Shown in pieces: positions 49,012 to 64,000 of a stretch of DNA of 64,000 bases. The number at the start of each line of letters is the position of its first letter. Positions within the stretch are counted from its first letter, which is position 1. The stretch is taken from NCBI RefSeq assembly GCF_009914755.1, contig NC_060931.1. One strand, written 5' to 3'. Under the pieces are notes generated by a model. It was not told the origin of the DNA and did no database searches. It saw only the letters and a list, made by a program, of their open reading frames with translations. Position numbers and translations under genes: made by a program. The DNA is from the human T2T-CHM13v2.0 reference genome, Homo sapiens.

Positions 49012-50096
49012 TATTTACCAACTCTTCCCAGAGAGAGAGTTAAGTAAGCCTTCTTGGAAAAGGTAATGTTTAGATTGAGGCTAAAAAGTTAGAAGGAAGT
49101 TTGCCAAGCAAACTAGGAGGCTAGTTCATCCCAGACAGCAAAGACAAAATGTACAGGATGGCAAAAATGAGAAAGAACATTCCACGTACAGGGACCTCAG
49201 GCAGTCCAACTTGCTCAGAGTGCAGGGAGTTGCAGAGGGGTTGGGGAAATGGACTGACCATGAAGAAAATTGCTTAGGAATTTGGATTTTTATCCTTTAA
49301 ATCAGTGAACTTCAAAGTAAAGTGCATGCCCTCCTAAAAGTTAACAAAATGATTCACTGGTTTACTGAAAGTAAGATTAGAACTTCTGTGAGTACTTCAA
49401 CACATTTTTACCTTTTTAATGTTTACATTTTGCCTGTTTTAAGATGAACACACTGATTTTGCATAGCAGTACATTTATGCAATTTATAAATAAATATGCA
49501 TATTTTGGGGTGAATTCTAAAAACTTTTATGCAGATAAGAGTGTGTGAACAAAAATGTAGAAAGCCACTGAGGAGTTCCAAGTGGGAAAATGATGTGAAC
49601 AGTTTTGGGCTCATGGTGAATCTGTCTGAGAGTAGGGAGGAGCACAGACAGAATGTGGCAGAAAACAAAGGCAAGGCCAGCCAGGAAGTGGCTGCTATAG
49701 GCCAAGCAGTGTTTCCAAATTCCCAATAGATTAGTCTTTGGGATTTGTGAACAAAACTGTGGAACTCCCTGGAATTGTCATGAATTCCTCAAATCACAAG
49801 CTATTCTGTCATTTTCAAAACATTTTATTTACCTGTTTTTGAATAATAATGAGTAAGCATAATAATATAGGTAAATTATTTTTTCTGGGATGGGTTATAC
49901 ACTAAATATTTTAATTTTCTGCTAAAAACAGATATAATAATAAACAGCTTTAAAAATTGGACCAATATATTGTGACAAGATTATATATTTCAATAATATG
50001 TAAAAATGTTCTCTATCTGATAATAAAACATTATAAGCTGAGAATATTAACATGCAACAAATCGCTGTTAAAATCACTTAAAATTTTTAAAATACT

Positions 50097-50411
<315 letters not shown>

Positions 50412-51607
50412 TTAAAAGTTATTAATTCTTAAAATGGAAATGTTAAATATACCAAACACCAATTGTCCTACTTAATAGCCTCAGTTTTTTTTTTCATGAC
50501 AAACATTCCAAATGTAGAAAAAATTTCTTTCATTTCACATTGACATTGGTTAATTAAGACTGCACCAAACAGCATCTTGAAGTTGGATATTAGGGCAGTT
50601 GCTGCTTCATTTAAGTTTAATCTTTTTTAATCCAACGAAAGGATTTTTTTCATTGCAATGAAAATATTTTGTTTACTTGCCCTGATTTTGGTTTTGTTAT
50701 TGAAATTTATAATTTATATTGCTTTGCTAATTCAGATTTTTTATCCATTTCTAATTTCCCAATGAAGCATTCCAAAACAATATTCATAGCTTCTTTTCTT
50801 CGCATTTCTTCTGTTAAAGTATTTATAAACAACTATAGCTTACAGCAAATGTTCAAACACTGGAAAACATCAGGAAATACAAGTGAGTAGTATTCAAATA
50901 ACCTAACATTTGGATCTCCTAGCAAGGTTAACACTACTAGACAGAATCAAGTTTCAAAATTGCCAATTTAAAGACTTATTCTACATTCATAATGTATTAT
51001 TTCTTGGAATCCCCCTCATAAGGTTTATGTAAAGTGAACCATAGGTATACATTTCTTAATATTTATTATGATTTGCAAGAATCCTTGCTTGCAGCAGATA
51101 GGACCATAGTACACTCTTGGAACACAGCAACTGCTACGAGCCAGACTGTTGGATTAGATGAGGATGACGTCCCTCCTCCACACTCCCATTCCCATTTCCC
51201 AAAATGTTGACCTTAACCTTTGACTCTCTTGTAGGGGTTTCCTGCTCTTAATGTCAATGGATTCCCTTGAAACAGTAATGATCTCTTTGTTGATTATTAA
51301 GCTTCAATCATCACAGAATTATAATACTTTTTTCCATTGTCTCAATTTCTTCACTGATTTTTCTCAAGATTTGCAAAAACCAATTTTGCAGTCAATCCTG
51401 AGAAAGAATTACTTCATGGGTACACTAAATCCAAGTGTAAAGTCACAAAGAACTAAGCTAGAGCAGCAGTAGTGGGTTACAGAGGAGGGGTGGATTGGGG
51501 TGTTCTTCTGAAAGTAGAGACAAGAGCCTGTAGTATCTCCTAAGGGATGTGAAGAGTGAGAGACAGAGGAGATTGTTCTAGAATGACTAAAAAAAAAAAA
51601 GATTTCT

Positions 51608-51908
51608 GGCTGGGTGTGGTGGCTCACACCTGTAATCCAGCACTTTGGGAGGCCGAGACGGGTGGATCACTTGAGGCCAGGAGTTTGAGACCAGCCTGGC
51701 CAACATGGCAAAACCCTGTCTCTTTTAAAAATACAAAAATTAGTTGGGAGTGGTGGTGTATGCCTGTAATCCCAGCTACTTGGGAGGCTGAGGCATAAGA
51801 ATCACTTTAGCCTGGGAGACGGAGGTTGCAGTAAGCCAAGACAGTGGCACTGCACTCCAGCCTGGGTGACAGGGCGAGACTCTGTCTCTAAATAAATAAA
51901 TAAATAAA
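51608..51908 (+). mobile_element. AluJ/S
   Basis: Full Alu with (TAAA)n tail. Confidence 0.88.
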
Positions 51909-52019
51909 CAATTTCTGTACAGACAGGCCTGTCTATCGTAGGCAGTGCTAAAGGGAAATGTGATTAATTCATGTTCAGGTTTTCTATTGGCTAGGTAACC
52001 AACCATCCAAAAACTTAGT

Positions 52020-52625
52020 GTCTTTCATTAGGAAAATGCAAATCAAAACCACAGTGAAATACCAAATGATACCCATTAGGATTGCTATTTATAAAACAAA
52101 ACAAAAAACAACCAAAAACACCCTCAGACAATAACAAGTGTTGGCAAGGATGTGGAGCAATTGGAACACTTATGCATTGCTGTGAGAATGTAAAATGGTG
52201 CAGGCAATTCCTCAAAAATTTCAAAGTAGAATTACTATAGGATGCAGTAATTCTGCTCTGGGATATACCCAAAAGAATCTAAAGCAGAGTCTTGAACAGA
52301 TATTTATACACTAATGTTCACAGCAGCATTATTTATAACAGCCTAAAGATGGAAGCAACCATCAATAAATGAATGGTAAGCCAGTCACAAAAGGACAAAT
52401 ATTGTATGATTCCACGTACATGAGATACCTGGAGTAATCAAATTCACAGAAAGTAGAATGGTGGTTGCCAGGGACTGGAGAGAGGAGGGAATGGGGAGTT
52501 AGTGTTTAATGAGTACAGTTTCTCAATTTAGGATGAGGAAAGGGGTCGAGATGGATGGTGGTGATAATTGCACAACAGTGCAAATGAACTCAAGGCGACA
52601 GAATTGTACACTTAAAAAATAGTTT
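52020..52625 (+). mobile_element. L1MB-type 3' fragment
   Basis: aaatgcaaatcaaaaccaca..; gtagaatggtggttgccaggg..; aattgtacacttaaaa. Confidence 0.75.
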
Positions 52626-54415
52626 TGCCCACGATGATCCTGAGTGATGAGCAGGAATTTAACGATGCTGCTTCTGTTCCCAGTATAGAGTCTTCCCAGA
52701 GTGACAGCAGGAATGCCAAGCATGGGTCTTGTCCAGGTCTGTCCTGCTCTGGCTATGCAAGGTGGGCGAGCCACTTCCCCACTCTGGCCTTAGTTTCCTC
52801 TTCTGGTGAACAAAGGGAGAAGAGTGGAGGGTTCCCCAGGTTCCCTCAGCACTCATTTTTCTGCCTTTCCATGGGACAGGCTACTATGAGGCTCCTGACT
52901 CACCTGGATTTGAACCCCAGACCTGCCGGCTCCCAGCTGGTGATTTTGGGAGTCACTCTCATGTGTGGTGGTTGATGCTGGCTGTCTGCTAGGGTCTTTG
53001 CTGGGGCTGTCATCTGCTCCACCTATGCAGAGCCTCCTTGGATGCAGGACCTGGGCTGTCTTAGAGCTTGAGCATCCTGGTAGAACAAGATGGAAGTGCA
53101 TGATGCTTTTATGACCTAGCCTTGGTCACCTCTGCCATGTTCCAGTGGTCAAGGCAGTTATATTGTAAGAAAAACATGTGGGATATATTCTAGTAGGCCA
53201 TTTACAAGTCATTCTTTTCTCTTCTATTTTCTTTATCCATGAAGGGCTTGAAGAAGTCAGAGAGAATCTGAGTCTTTCCCAGATCATAAGTTATCACAAG
53301 TGTAACACTGGAGACCATTCCTATTTTGTATGTATTTCAGTGTGCCTGTTTTATTTAAACAGCTGCTGCTGGTGGTAACATGTACATAAGACTGAAACAC
53401 AGCAAAAGGACAAAGCAGCTTAGAATTTCCACAGTTGGAACAGACAGAAGACATTTGACACATCCACATCGTTCCATATGCTGAGACCCAAGACCTGCTG
53501 TCAGTAATCTCAAAATCATTGCAAAATGCTCTCTCATCCTACACCCATATCTGTGATCAGGATTCTGGAATGGACATTTTCTCCTCCCTCTTTTATTTTT
53601 ATCTAACCATTTTTATAGATCTTCAGTAAATTTCTTTCAGGAAAATAAGATCACTGTTAAAATCATGATTTTGGCTGGCTGATGAAATTTTCCAGATTAT
53701 CTTCTTTAAAAGACTACAGAAACATGATTTTACTTTCTCTTTTCATTTAGCTTAAAATTAAAAGTCAATTTTTTAAAATCATTGATCCTAACTACTTTTC
53801 CAGCATCCTAACACTGGTCACAAGATGCACAGATTGAGAAAATAAAATCACGCCTTCCAAAAGAAAGCCAGCCAAGTTTTGCCGCCTTCTTTAAAAAAGT
53901 ACATCACCCACGAGCCTGATGAGATGGCAAATGCACAGCTTGAGTTGGTTCTAAGAAAAATGCCTCAGAAGATTCATTCTAAAAGTGTACTCTGACCTTA
54001 CTAAGCAAGACTACAAAGTCACAGTGATACCTAACGACATCAAAATAGTAGCTGATATGAATATCTTCCTTTGATGTAATTAAGAAATACACCAACCAGT
54101 GACACTCAACACCGAGTTCTTTCCAGGTTAGGGTGAACTTGGAATTAAACTGTTGTTAGAAGAACTGTCAAGACAGTTTCATTTCTTACTCAAGTAAAAC
54201 ACTGAGGGAACAACTACAAATTAGAAGATACAAAGCCGTAAGGAATATTTGCTTCCAAGGAGAGAGTCAAAGAGATACAATCTCCTTACTAAAAGAAGGA
54301 AACTGATAACTGCAACTATAAACTATAACTGCTGATGATCCTTTTAACACTTCTTATACATTTTTTTAGTCATTCAAGTAATGTATAAATATATTCTTAT
54401 AAAAAAGTATTAGTT

Positions 54416-54660
54416 GAGCCCAGAGGTTCAAGACCAGCATGGGCATCATGATGAGACTTTGTCTCTACAAAAACTTAAAAAATTAGCCAGGTGTGGTTGC
54501 ACACACCTATAGTCCCAGCTACTTGAGAGGCTGAGGTGGGAGGATCACTTGAGCCCAGGAGGCTGAAGTTGCAGTGAACCACGATTGTACCACTGCACGA
54601 TCACCCTGGGCTACAGAGTGAGACCCTGACTTATAAACAAACAAACAAGCAGACAAACAA
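54416..54660 (+). mobile_element. 5'-truncated AluJ
   Basis: Alu similarity, (AAAC)n tail. Confidence 0.8.
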
Positions 54661-54956
54661 AGTATAAAGCCAAAGAAAACCTCTCTTTCCCGGTTCTTCC
54701 ATCAATGCTCACCCCACTCCAGGTAACTTACTGCTGTTATTTCTATGCATTGTACACACATACCTATGCATTTACTTGATTGTATACATACCTAAAGAAC
54801 ATGATTGCTTTGTTTTATTGTCCATAAGTGGAACCAGCTTGCTTCCTTACACTTTACAATGTCTTGGTCCATTTTAGTACTTGCTAGAATTTCATAGCAT
54901 GAATCATAGTTTATGTGGGCCTTACTGACTGATATTTACATTATCATTGGTCATGG

Positions 54957-55258
54957 TTTTTTGTTTTTGTTTTTTGAGATGGCGTCTAGCTCCGTCACCC
55001 AGGCTGGAGTGCAGTGACACGATCACGTCTCACTGCTGCCTCAACCTCCTGGGCTCAAGTGATCCTCCCATCTCAGCCTCCTGAGTAGCTGGGACTACAG
55101 TTGCATGTCACCATTCTTGGCTATTTTTTTTTTTTTAATGTTTGTAGAGATAGGGTCTGTGTTGTCCAGGCTGGTCTTGAACTCCTGGGTTCAAGTGATC
55201 CACCTGCCTCAGCCTCTCAAGGTGCTGGGATTACAGGTGTGAGCCACTGTGCCCGGCT
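54957..55258 (-). mobile_element. AluJ
   Basis: Full Alu; flanking gtcatg.tttt. Confidence 0.85.
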
Positions 55259-58200
55259 GTCATGCTTTTTGTGTACAAGTGTGAGAACTTCTCTAGGATA
55301 CATAGTTACAAGTTGAATTACTGGAATGAGGCTATCTATATTTTTAATTTTAATTAATGTTGTCAAGTTACCTTCCAAAAAAAAAAAAACTGTGATCAAT
55401 TTACACCTCCAACCTACAGTATAGAAATGTATCTGTTCCCTGTCCCCCTGCCAACAGCCTGGCAGATTTTATTACATTTCCCTAAGTATTAGTGAGGTTG
55501 AGCTTTTTCTATCTCTTGTTTTGCCATTTGTTTTTGCTGTACAGTGAATCGCTTCTTCCTATCTTTTGCCGATTTCTTACTTGGGTTATTTGACCCTTCT
55601 TTTCATTTTAAAAATTGATCCTAGTTGCTCAAGATATTTAGAGGAATTTCTAAAATTCTGGAAGGCAGGAAATCATATCTTCATCCTTTTGTATTCCTTT
55701 GGACTTACAACTGTGCTAACTTATTTTTGTAACATTTACAAAATTAAAGATGGGTTTTGCTTAAGCCACAACTACATACAAGATTGCAAAGTGGCAAATA
55801 CACACAAAATAGGCATAGTAACTACACTAAAAGTTGATGTCTTGGAAAGGACTAGTCTAGCAATGTGTAGAAACATCTGGTCAGGGAATAAAAAAGATTT
55901 GGATACATTTTTATTAAGAAATTGGCATATCCTTTTTCATTAGAAATTCAAGCAGGAACAAGAAAAAAAAAACTGAAAGAATCTGTGTTCAAGGACAGAC
56001 TCACAGATTGATTTGCACCATCAGGAAGCTCCTGGGTGAATGGACTTGAGCCCACTGGAAGGGTTTTAATTCTTGCTTGTCAAGACAACTCTATTCCAAC
56101 AGACTGTGTCAGCAGAATTCTTCAACAATCCTCACCTTCCCGCTGCTTACAAAGGTCTGTTAATGTCTCCTTACTCAATAGACCAAGCTTTTGCATTGCC
56201 GTCTGATTAGGAGGCGAGAAACAGGACTCTGCTCTGAGAACAACCCCTCCATCTCCCAGAGTCACCTTCCTGCACTCCTGATGTGCCTCACTCAGCCTCC
56301 CTTCCTGCTCATTGCCCCCAATGCCCTCTTCCTCCTGCTCTGGCATCTCTACATTCCAAAAGCCTTCCTTGACCTTTCCAACCCAATCAATTTTCTATTC
56401 CAGCCCCACTAATCATTGAAGATTATGTTCACGCTCTGAAGCACTGCTGGCGAGAGGACCGATTGGTAGAGTCGTTCTGGAAGGCATGTCCCCTTCTCCG
56501 GAGTAATTTGGCAAAATGCTTCAAAACTCTTATGGGTATATCATTTGAGCTGTGAAGTTACTGTAAGGACATAATGCACTAAGATATATATAACCAAAAA
56601 GAGAATATGGGAAAAGGGGGTGGGGTAAGACGACAATGAGAGGTCTCGCCACAAGATGGTGTCTTAGTTTTTCTCTGTTTAGCTTTTACCTTGAACCAGG
56701 GCAGGAAGGAAATAATACCAAAATGTTGATAATCTTGGATATTGGGATTTGGGGTGATTTTTAGAACAATTACACTGTGCATTTTCATGTTTTCCAAATT
56801 TTCTTCAATGAAAATATAAAAATATAAATTGCTTTATGATCAGAAAACATATTAAAAACCACCAACAAATAAATTCAAACAGGAAAAAAAGAGGAGGAGG
56901 AAACGTATAGATGAAAAGAGAGTTAAGAAATATATCAACGTGACTTACTTGGCTCCAGACTTGAACAAATTAACTATAGAAAACATTTGTAAGATAATCA
57001 GGTTAATGTGACCATTGACTGGATACTTGATGACATGAAGAAATTATTGTTTAGTTATGATAATCAGATTATAGTTTTAATATTAAAAAAGAGTTCTTAT
57101 CCTTTCATGATATATACCTAAATATTTGCAAATGAAATAATACTATGTGTAAGATTTGCTTCAAAATGATCTGGTGGCGTAGGGGGAGGTAGGTGAGTGT
57201 AGAGGAAACAAGATTGAATACTCAAGTAGGATGGTGAGTACATGAGGATTCATGATAATATTCTATTTTTGTATATGTTGGAAATTTTCAGTAACAAAAC
57301 GTTTTAAAAGATAGTAACAATGAATAGCATACAGCCCCATGAAGCATAGCAGGAATAGGTAAGGGTGGCATTGAGGCAGGAGGCTGCGCTTGGAAATTAA
57401 TTCCCCAAAAGTCAATTTATTCATATATTTCTTTGCCTCTGGCTTCTGACTGTCACTCTCCAACTTCTGGTGCCTCTCATGCTTTGCACCTCAAATTTGA
57501 AGCAATTTCATCCCCTGATTCTCAACCCTCTTGCTTCTGTCAAAGGCTTATAAATGATTTTTCTGTCTTGGCTAAGAGCCCCTTGGCTTGATGATCTGGA
57601 AAAATATTCCCCTTGGCAGGGCCTGGGGATCCCCATCCTCCCATCCTTCTCTAACTTCAGAAGAAACCCTTTCTAGACATAGTCAAGACCCACAGGATCT
57701 GCTCCCTCAGTGCTAAAAGCGTGAAATCAATGTCTCTTGTCCAGGACTTCTGGCAGTGGAATGTTTGTCCCAGCGGCTTCTCAATTCTCTTGCTATGTTG
57801 GTGTTATGGTTAATACGTATCTGTGTTACCATCCAAAGGAGAATGTCCACCTTTTAAAGGTAGGCGTTAGTTCTTCAAATATAAATATTGTGTCCAGGAA
57901 TTCTTGGGCTTACCCGATGGTCTTAGTACAAGCGTAGCCATACACTGGGTACATGTTGTTCCATCATCCAGCCTAAATGACCCAAAGTTCTCATATTAAT
58001 TTGCACTGATAACAGAAGTAAGCAATATGTTTTCCTTATATACATTTTTTTTAGTGTTTCATTCCTTTGAAAAATAATTACAAATCACAGATGGGATAGG
58101 AGTGAGAGCAAGATCTTTGCATCTCACTTCCTGGGCTTTGATAAATATGCTATATTACCAGCAATGTTAATCTTTAAATTGTTCATAAAGACCCATGTTT

Positions 58201-59720
58201 CTTGCTAAATATATTGAATTCTCCATTTATAAATATTTTTACGTGTGACTTTTTCAAAATATCTGCAGTATCAGTTTGAGTTGGACTATAGTTCTACACG
58301 TGGAGCCAAACTCCTATGGAAGATGGGCGGCCTCTTCCACAGGGCACTGTGATCAACACCAGGAAGGTCCAGGTCCCAAGGGCCTGTCTCATGCCTGGAT
58401 TACCACTGACTTCATGGTCAGTGGTCAAGTCCCTCCTAAAATATTTTCCGCAGTAGCAGCCCGAATGATCTCTGCAGAATATAGGGGTTGGTAAACAGGT
58501 CTATACCGGTTAAGTGTATTAAAAAATATATTCACCGTAACTTTTCCTATTCCCAACCTCCTCTCCCCTCTCAATCTATATAGTTTGGATAGGACTGACT
58601 CCCATTTAGTGGCTTCAAGTGTCCACATGCAAACCAAGCTGGGCCAATCACAGTTAATAGAGAAAATTTTCTGGGACCACTGGAAAAGGGGCTCTTTTTC
58701 TTGTGAACTGTGCCTCAGATGGACTGTAAATGCAGTTTTAGGAAAAATCTTAGCTCAAGTCTCTTAAGGCCAATATGTCTTTTCCATTCAGGAACCTCAC
58801 TATTTGTTACTGGAAAAAAATGAGATTTCCATTATTTTTGTGGCCACAAAGAAAAATTATAATCATAAAATTTCAGCTGTGGCTACTGCCAGTGACCAGG
58901 CTGCTGAGGTTATTAAAGCCATTTTTCTATCTTAAATGAATATAAGAAATTGTAGGCAGTTTGGGAAGAAAACTACAATCTAATATGTTTCCAGGGATCT
59001 TGAAGGAGCATCCTAACTATGTATTAAGGATGCACAGCCTTGAATACAGGGTCATCTAAAGGTTATGTGGCAGGGAACAAAGATATTTCAGACAGGACTG
59101 AGGTTGCTACTGAGGTGCAAGGAGGAACGTAAGCTAAAAAAGCAAGCAACAATTTAGTTTCTCTGTTGGTCTTCCATATTGGGCATCAAACAAAATGGTA
59201 CCCCTTGGGAAACTGCCAATTTCATGAACACTTTTTGGATGACCATGAGGCCGAATCATTCTTCACTGTCTGGCTCTGCTTCTGGATTTGGTTAGCAAAA
59301 TGATAAGATTAGAACGGGCCAGCCCTTACTTAGCAAAGTTGTGTCATCTCCCTTTGGGAGCATTTCAATCAAGAGATACATATTGATAACCCACTGTGTG
59401 CAAAGTACTTTGTTTTCCTGCTGCTTCTTTCTCCCTCTTTCCCTGCCTGCTCCCTCTTCCTCCTCCTCCACCTCCTTCTTTTTTAATATCCTTATAGCAT
59501 AGGAAGGATCATGCCAGACTCTTTGGACCACCTCAGAGCCACAATGGTGACAGCACTATTCTTGGCACTTGAACAGAGAAGAAAGGGAGACTGAATGCAA
59601 ATTGATTCCAAATTAGGCTTCTGTAGTGACTAAATATACTTCTCTGTCTTAGGTACTAGATTTGGGTCTGAGTTGCCTGGGGCTGATGCAGTTAACTCCA
59701 CTGTTATCCTGCTAGTCAGT

Positions 59721-60148
59721 TGTCCTAGTCTGTTTTGTGCTTCTGTAACAGAATATCTGAAGCTGGGTAACTTATTTTAAAAGGAGGTTTATTTGGCTCA
59801 CAATTCTGGTGGCTGGGAAGTTCAAGATAGGGGCAGCTGCAGCTGGTGAGGGCCTCAGGCTGCTTCAACTCATGGCAGAAAGTGGAAGGGGAGCTGGCAT
59901 GTGCAAAGTAATCACATGGGGAGAGAGGAAGCAAAAGAGAGAAACTGAGGGAGCCAGACTCTTGTTAACAATCCATTCTCAAGGGAACTAATCACTTACC
60001 CATGTCGGGGGGCATTTATCTATTCATGAGGGATCTGCTCCCATCACCCAAACACCTCACACTAGGCCCCAACTCCCAACATTACCACCTGGGGGATCAA
60101 ATTTCAACATGAGTTTGGGTGGGGACAAACCATATCCAAACCAATCCA
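59721..60148 (-). mobile_element. MST-type MaLR LTR
   Basis: tgtcctagtctgttttgtgc..; gggatcaaatttcaacatgag..ggggacaaacc. Confidence 0.75.
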
Positions 60149-61395
60149 CAACATCAGTGAACAGATACTTGAGTGTCTTTTACATATATCCATCCCCAGA
60201 CATTTAACAGAGGCACTGGGGATAGACAAATAATGGCACTCCTTACTCTTTAGGAAATAATAGTCTAATGGGAACAAAATGAATCATTAAATTATTCCAA
60301 GGGCTCAAATATCTTTGGATAACTCCAGGTTGCTATGGAGGCACTTAACAGGGAAGGTAGCCTTATCTGGAAAGGCAAAGAAGGCAATTCTGGGGAAGCA
60401 ATGTTTAAACTGAAGGATGTGTAGGAATTAGCCAGAAGGCATCTAGGGGAGTGCCCTCCTTTCTTACTTGCCATCACTTTCTCCCCTAATATTAAGTTAA
60501 TACCCTGTCCCTATTTATTGACGAGTATGGCCCTGACTCTAGCTGACACTATTCACAATGGAGAAGCAATATGTGAGAATGCAGCTCAAAGTCCCGGCTT
60601 AAATACTGACAAACTGCCCATCCTTGTGGTAAAACTCCTCTGGGCAACCAGTGGTTCTCCGAGGCTCCTCAGTTTGTTTATCTGGATTGTGCATGGATGG
60701 CAGGTTGTGGGTGACAACTCAACTCCAGTAAGTCAATCTTGCTTCCTCAGGCTGCACAAGGATCTCCTTTGCAGATCAAGCCCTGGCATCACCAGAGTTC
60801 AGGAGGCCCAGGCACAACTCCATCCTTCTTGCAATTCCACTTTGACCAAATTTAGTTTGAGTTGTGTTTCTGTCGCTTGCAACCAAGAGTCCTAATGCAA
60901 TCATGTTACTGAAAGTTTGTATATCCAATATATATATATTTTGTATAGTATATGTTTTGAATCTAAATTTTAGGCTACGTTTTTTAATTGAAATAAAAAT
61001 AAATCTTAAAGAAGCTACCTACGTAAAAATGAACTTCCAATCATGGTAATATAATTTACAAATATTTTATTAAAGCTCTTAAGAGCAGCTTTTCTAAATT
61101 TTTGGAATTAGAAATGTATGTTCTTGAGCTTTTTCACATTGTTTATAAGTAGGCAATTCTCAGTTATACATTTTGGTGCAGCCTGGCATCAAAGTATAGG
61201 AGAGAAAGCGTGGAAAGTCCTACCTGGAGAAATGATAAAGACACATGGCATTTTTGGATAGAGATCCAATGTGTGAGTGGGCTCAGGTGGGCCCCCTTGT
61301 GTTTATCAGAAGTTCAGGCAGTAGCCCTTAGGACGGAAGTGGAATTCTGTTCCTATTGCTGAGACAGAGCCCAACAGCAGAATAAGGAATTATGT

Positions 61396-62105
<710 letters not shown>

Positions 62106-62560
62106 CTTGTGGTAACATACTCTTATTAATTTTCCTTTTAGGAAAGAACTAGCTTGTGAGAACTAGTAATATTATCGTTGAAGAATGCATTATCAAGCAA
62201 AATAGAGAAGAAAGCTGCAAAATAGATGGGAGACACAAGTGGATCCTGCCTTGCGGGGAGGATAGAAGAAAGGACCCTGTAGTGACACTGAATTAATAAG
62301 CTAGCCAAAGATGTGGGTATTCAGACACACAACAGATGGGCATAGGATCTGCGTATAAAAATAACAGAGTGTGAGAGTAACTGATAAACCTGCTGTTTCT
62401 AGGGGGATTTAGATATGCTTACAGTGGAAAGAGGCCTTAGAGAACAACTTGGCAGCTCAGAGTTCTGTCTGCAGCAACCTGACACATGGTCACCAGCCTT
62501 GGCTCAGAGCAGGGCTCCAGGGGGCACACCCATCTGTAGATGGACATCTCCAAATGTTAG

Positions 62561-62860
<300 letters not shown>

Positions 62861-63308
62861 GATTTTAGGAAGTTGTTTTATGTTAAACCTTTGATGCTAC
62901 AACTTTCATTGATTAACCTCAGCAACTGGACTTCTGAAACTATGTGAAAAAATGCTATCTTCACTTTCCCCTTTGCATGCGACAAACTTCTAACCCTTGC
63001 ACATTTAATGTCCTCAGTTTTCATGTTTTTGAAATCATGTACTATCCAATTCCTCCACTAGTTTCTTAAATTTTAAGATTTCAAATTTGATCACTCTCCT
63101 AACGACTCCTGTCTGCTTTGTCAAAATCCTTGTTTTAAAAAAATGCCCTAAGCAAAGTGTTCTCAGATGCAGAATGGAGAATGCTACTTTCTGTGAATAG
63201 GACGAATAGCCCATTAAAATGCTGCATTCAATTTTCATTTTTAGGAGTCACTGATGGTCCATATTTGTAGTCAAGTAACAGAAACCAGGCTGATTATTAA
63301 TGGATTGC

Positions 63309-63745
63309 TGTATTAGTTACCTACTGCTGCATAACAAATTGTGCCCCCCAACTCCCAAATTTAGCAACTTCAAACATTTATCTCACACAGTTCAGAAGAT
63401 GATCAGAAATCCAGGAATGGCGTAGGTGGGTGGTTCTAGCTCACAGCCTATCATGAGGATATAGTCAAGGTTTTGGCTGGGATTCCTGACTCTGAGGATT
63501 TGACAGTAACAGGAGGATCACTTCCAGGTTCACTCATATGGCTCTTGGCAGGGTGCTTCCATTGTTCACCAAATGGGTCTCTTCATTCACAACATGGCTT
63601 CTTTCAGACGGCATGATATCAAGCTGCTGTCTCATTACCTAATCTTGGAAGGGATGTTCTGTCCATTCTGCCATATTCTTTTGGTCACACAAACCAACCC
63701 TGGTAGAGGTGGGGATCAGGGGACCATCTTGGATGCTGACATTTG
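63309..63745 (-). mobile_element. MLT1-type MaLR LTR
   Basis: tgtattagttacctactgctgcataacaaatt start. Confidence 0.6.
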
Positions 63746-64000
63746 TGAAGCATTTGCTACGTGCTAGTTACTCTTCCTGTGCTAGCACTAGCTAAGCATT
63801 TTGCATGCATCGTCTCACCTAATGCTGTTGACATCCTTCCAAGTAGATGTTATTATCATCACCCCATTTACATGAGGCAAGCAAAGCTTAGAAATGTTAA
63901 GTAAATTGTTGCTTAGTAAGTGATAGAGCAGAGATTAAAACTTAGATCTAACTTCAGAGGAAAATGCTCCAGTTTTCTTACCCAAGGCCTCTTTTCATTT

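Noticed and set aside
58402-58425. 9-bp stem hairpin (also a 10-bp stem at 38748-38773)
   Set aside because: Short enough to arise by chance in 64 kb, or tied to a MITE end.

Overview
Primate (almost certainly human) intergenic DNA dominated by interspersed repeats: Alu, L1, L2, THE1/MST/MLT, MER4/MER50 LTRs, Tigger3, MER33, MER5A and MADE1. It holds two retrocopies. One is a disabled keratin-8 processed pseudogene at the start (1-1541). The other is an intronless, uninterrupted 135-aa FAM183A/CFAP144 retrocopy (FAM183B) at 30281-30688 (-), preceded by a CpG-richer region with two tandem RFX X-box motifs. From memory this combination fits human 7p14.1 between AMPH and VPS41; this was not verified. 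I see no evidence of a new multi-gene system. The most unusual feature is a young L1PA insertion (40670-42291) in which about 60 bp of L1 is replaced by a patchwork of about 450 bp. The patchwork includes an exact 97-bp copy of 35563-35659, an exact 17-bp copy of 38168-38184, short tandem duplications and a roughly 207-bp segment of unknown origin, which suggests serial template switching or templated repair. Other scars include two perfect inverted repeats, a 5'-inverted old L1 and an L1 with a junctional duplication at a roughly 1.2-kb deletion. Repeat subfamily names come from recalled consensus sequences and need RepeatMasker confirmation.
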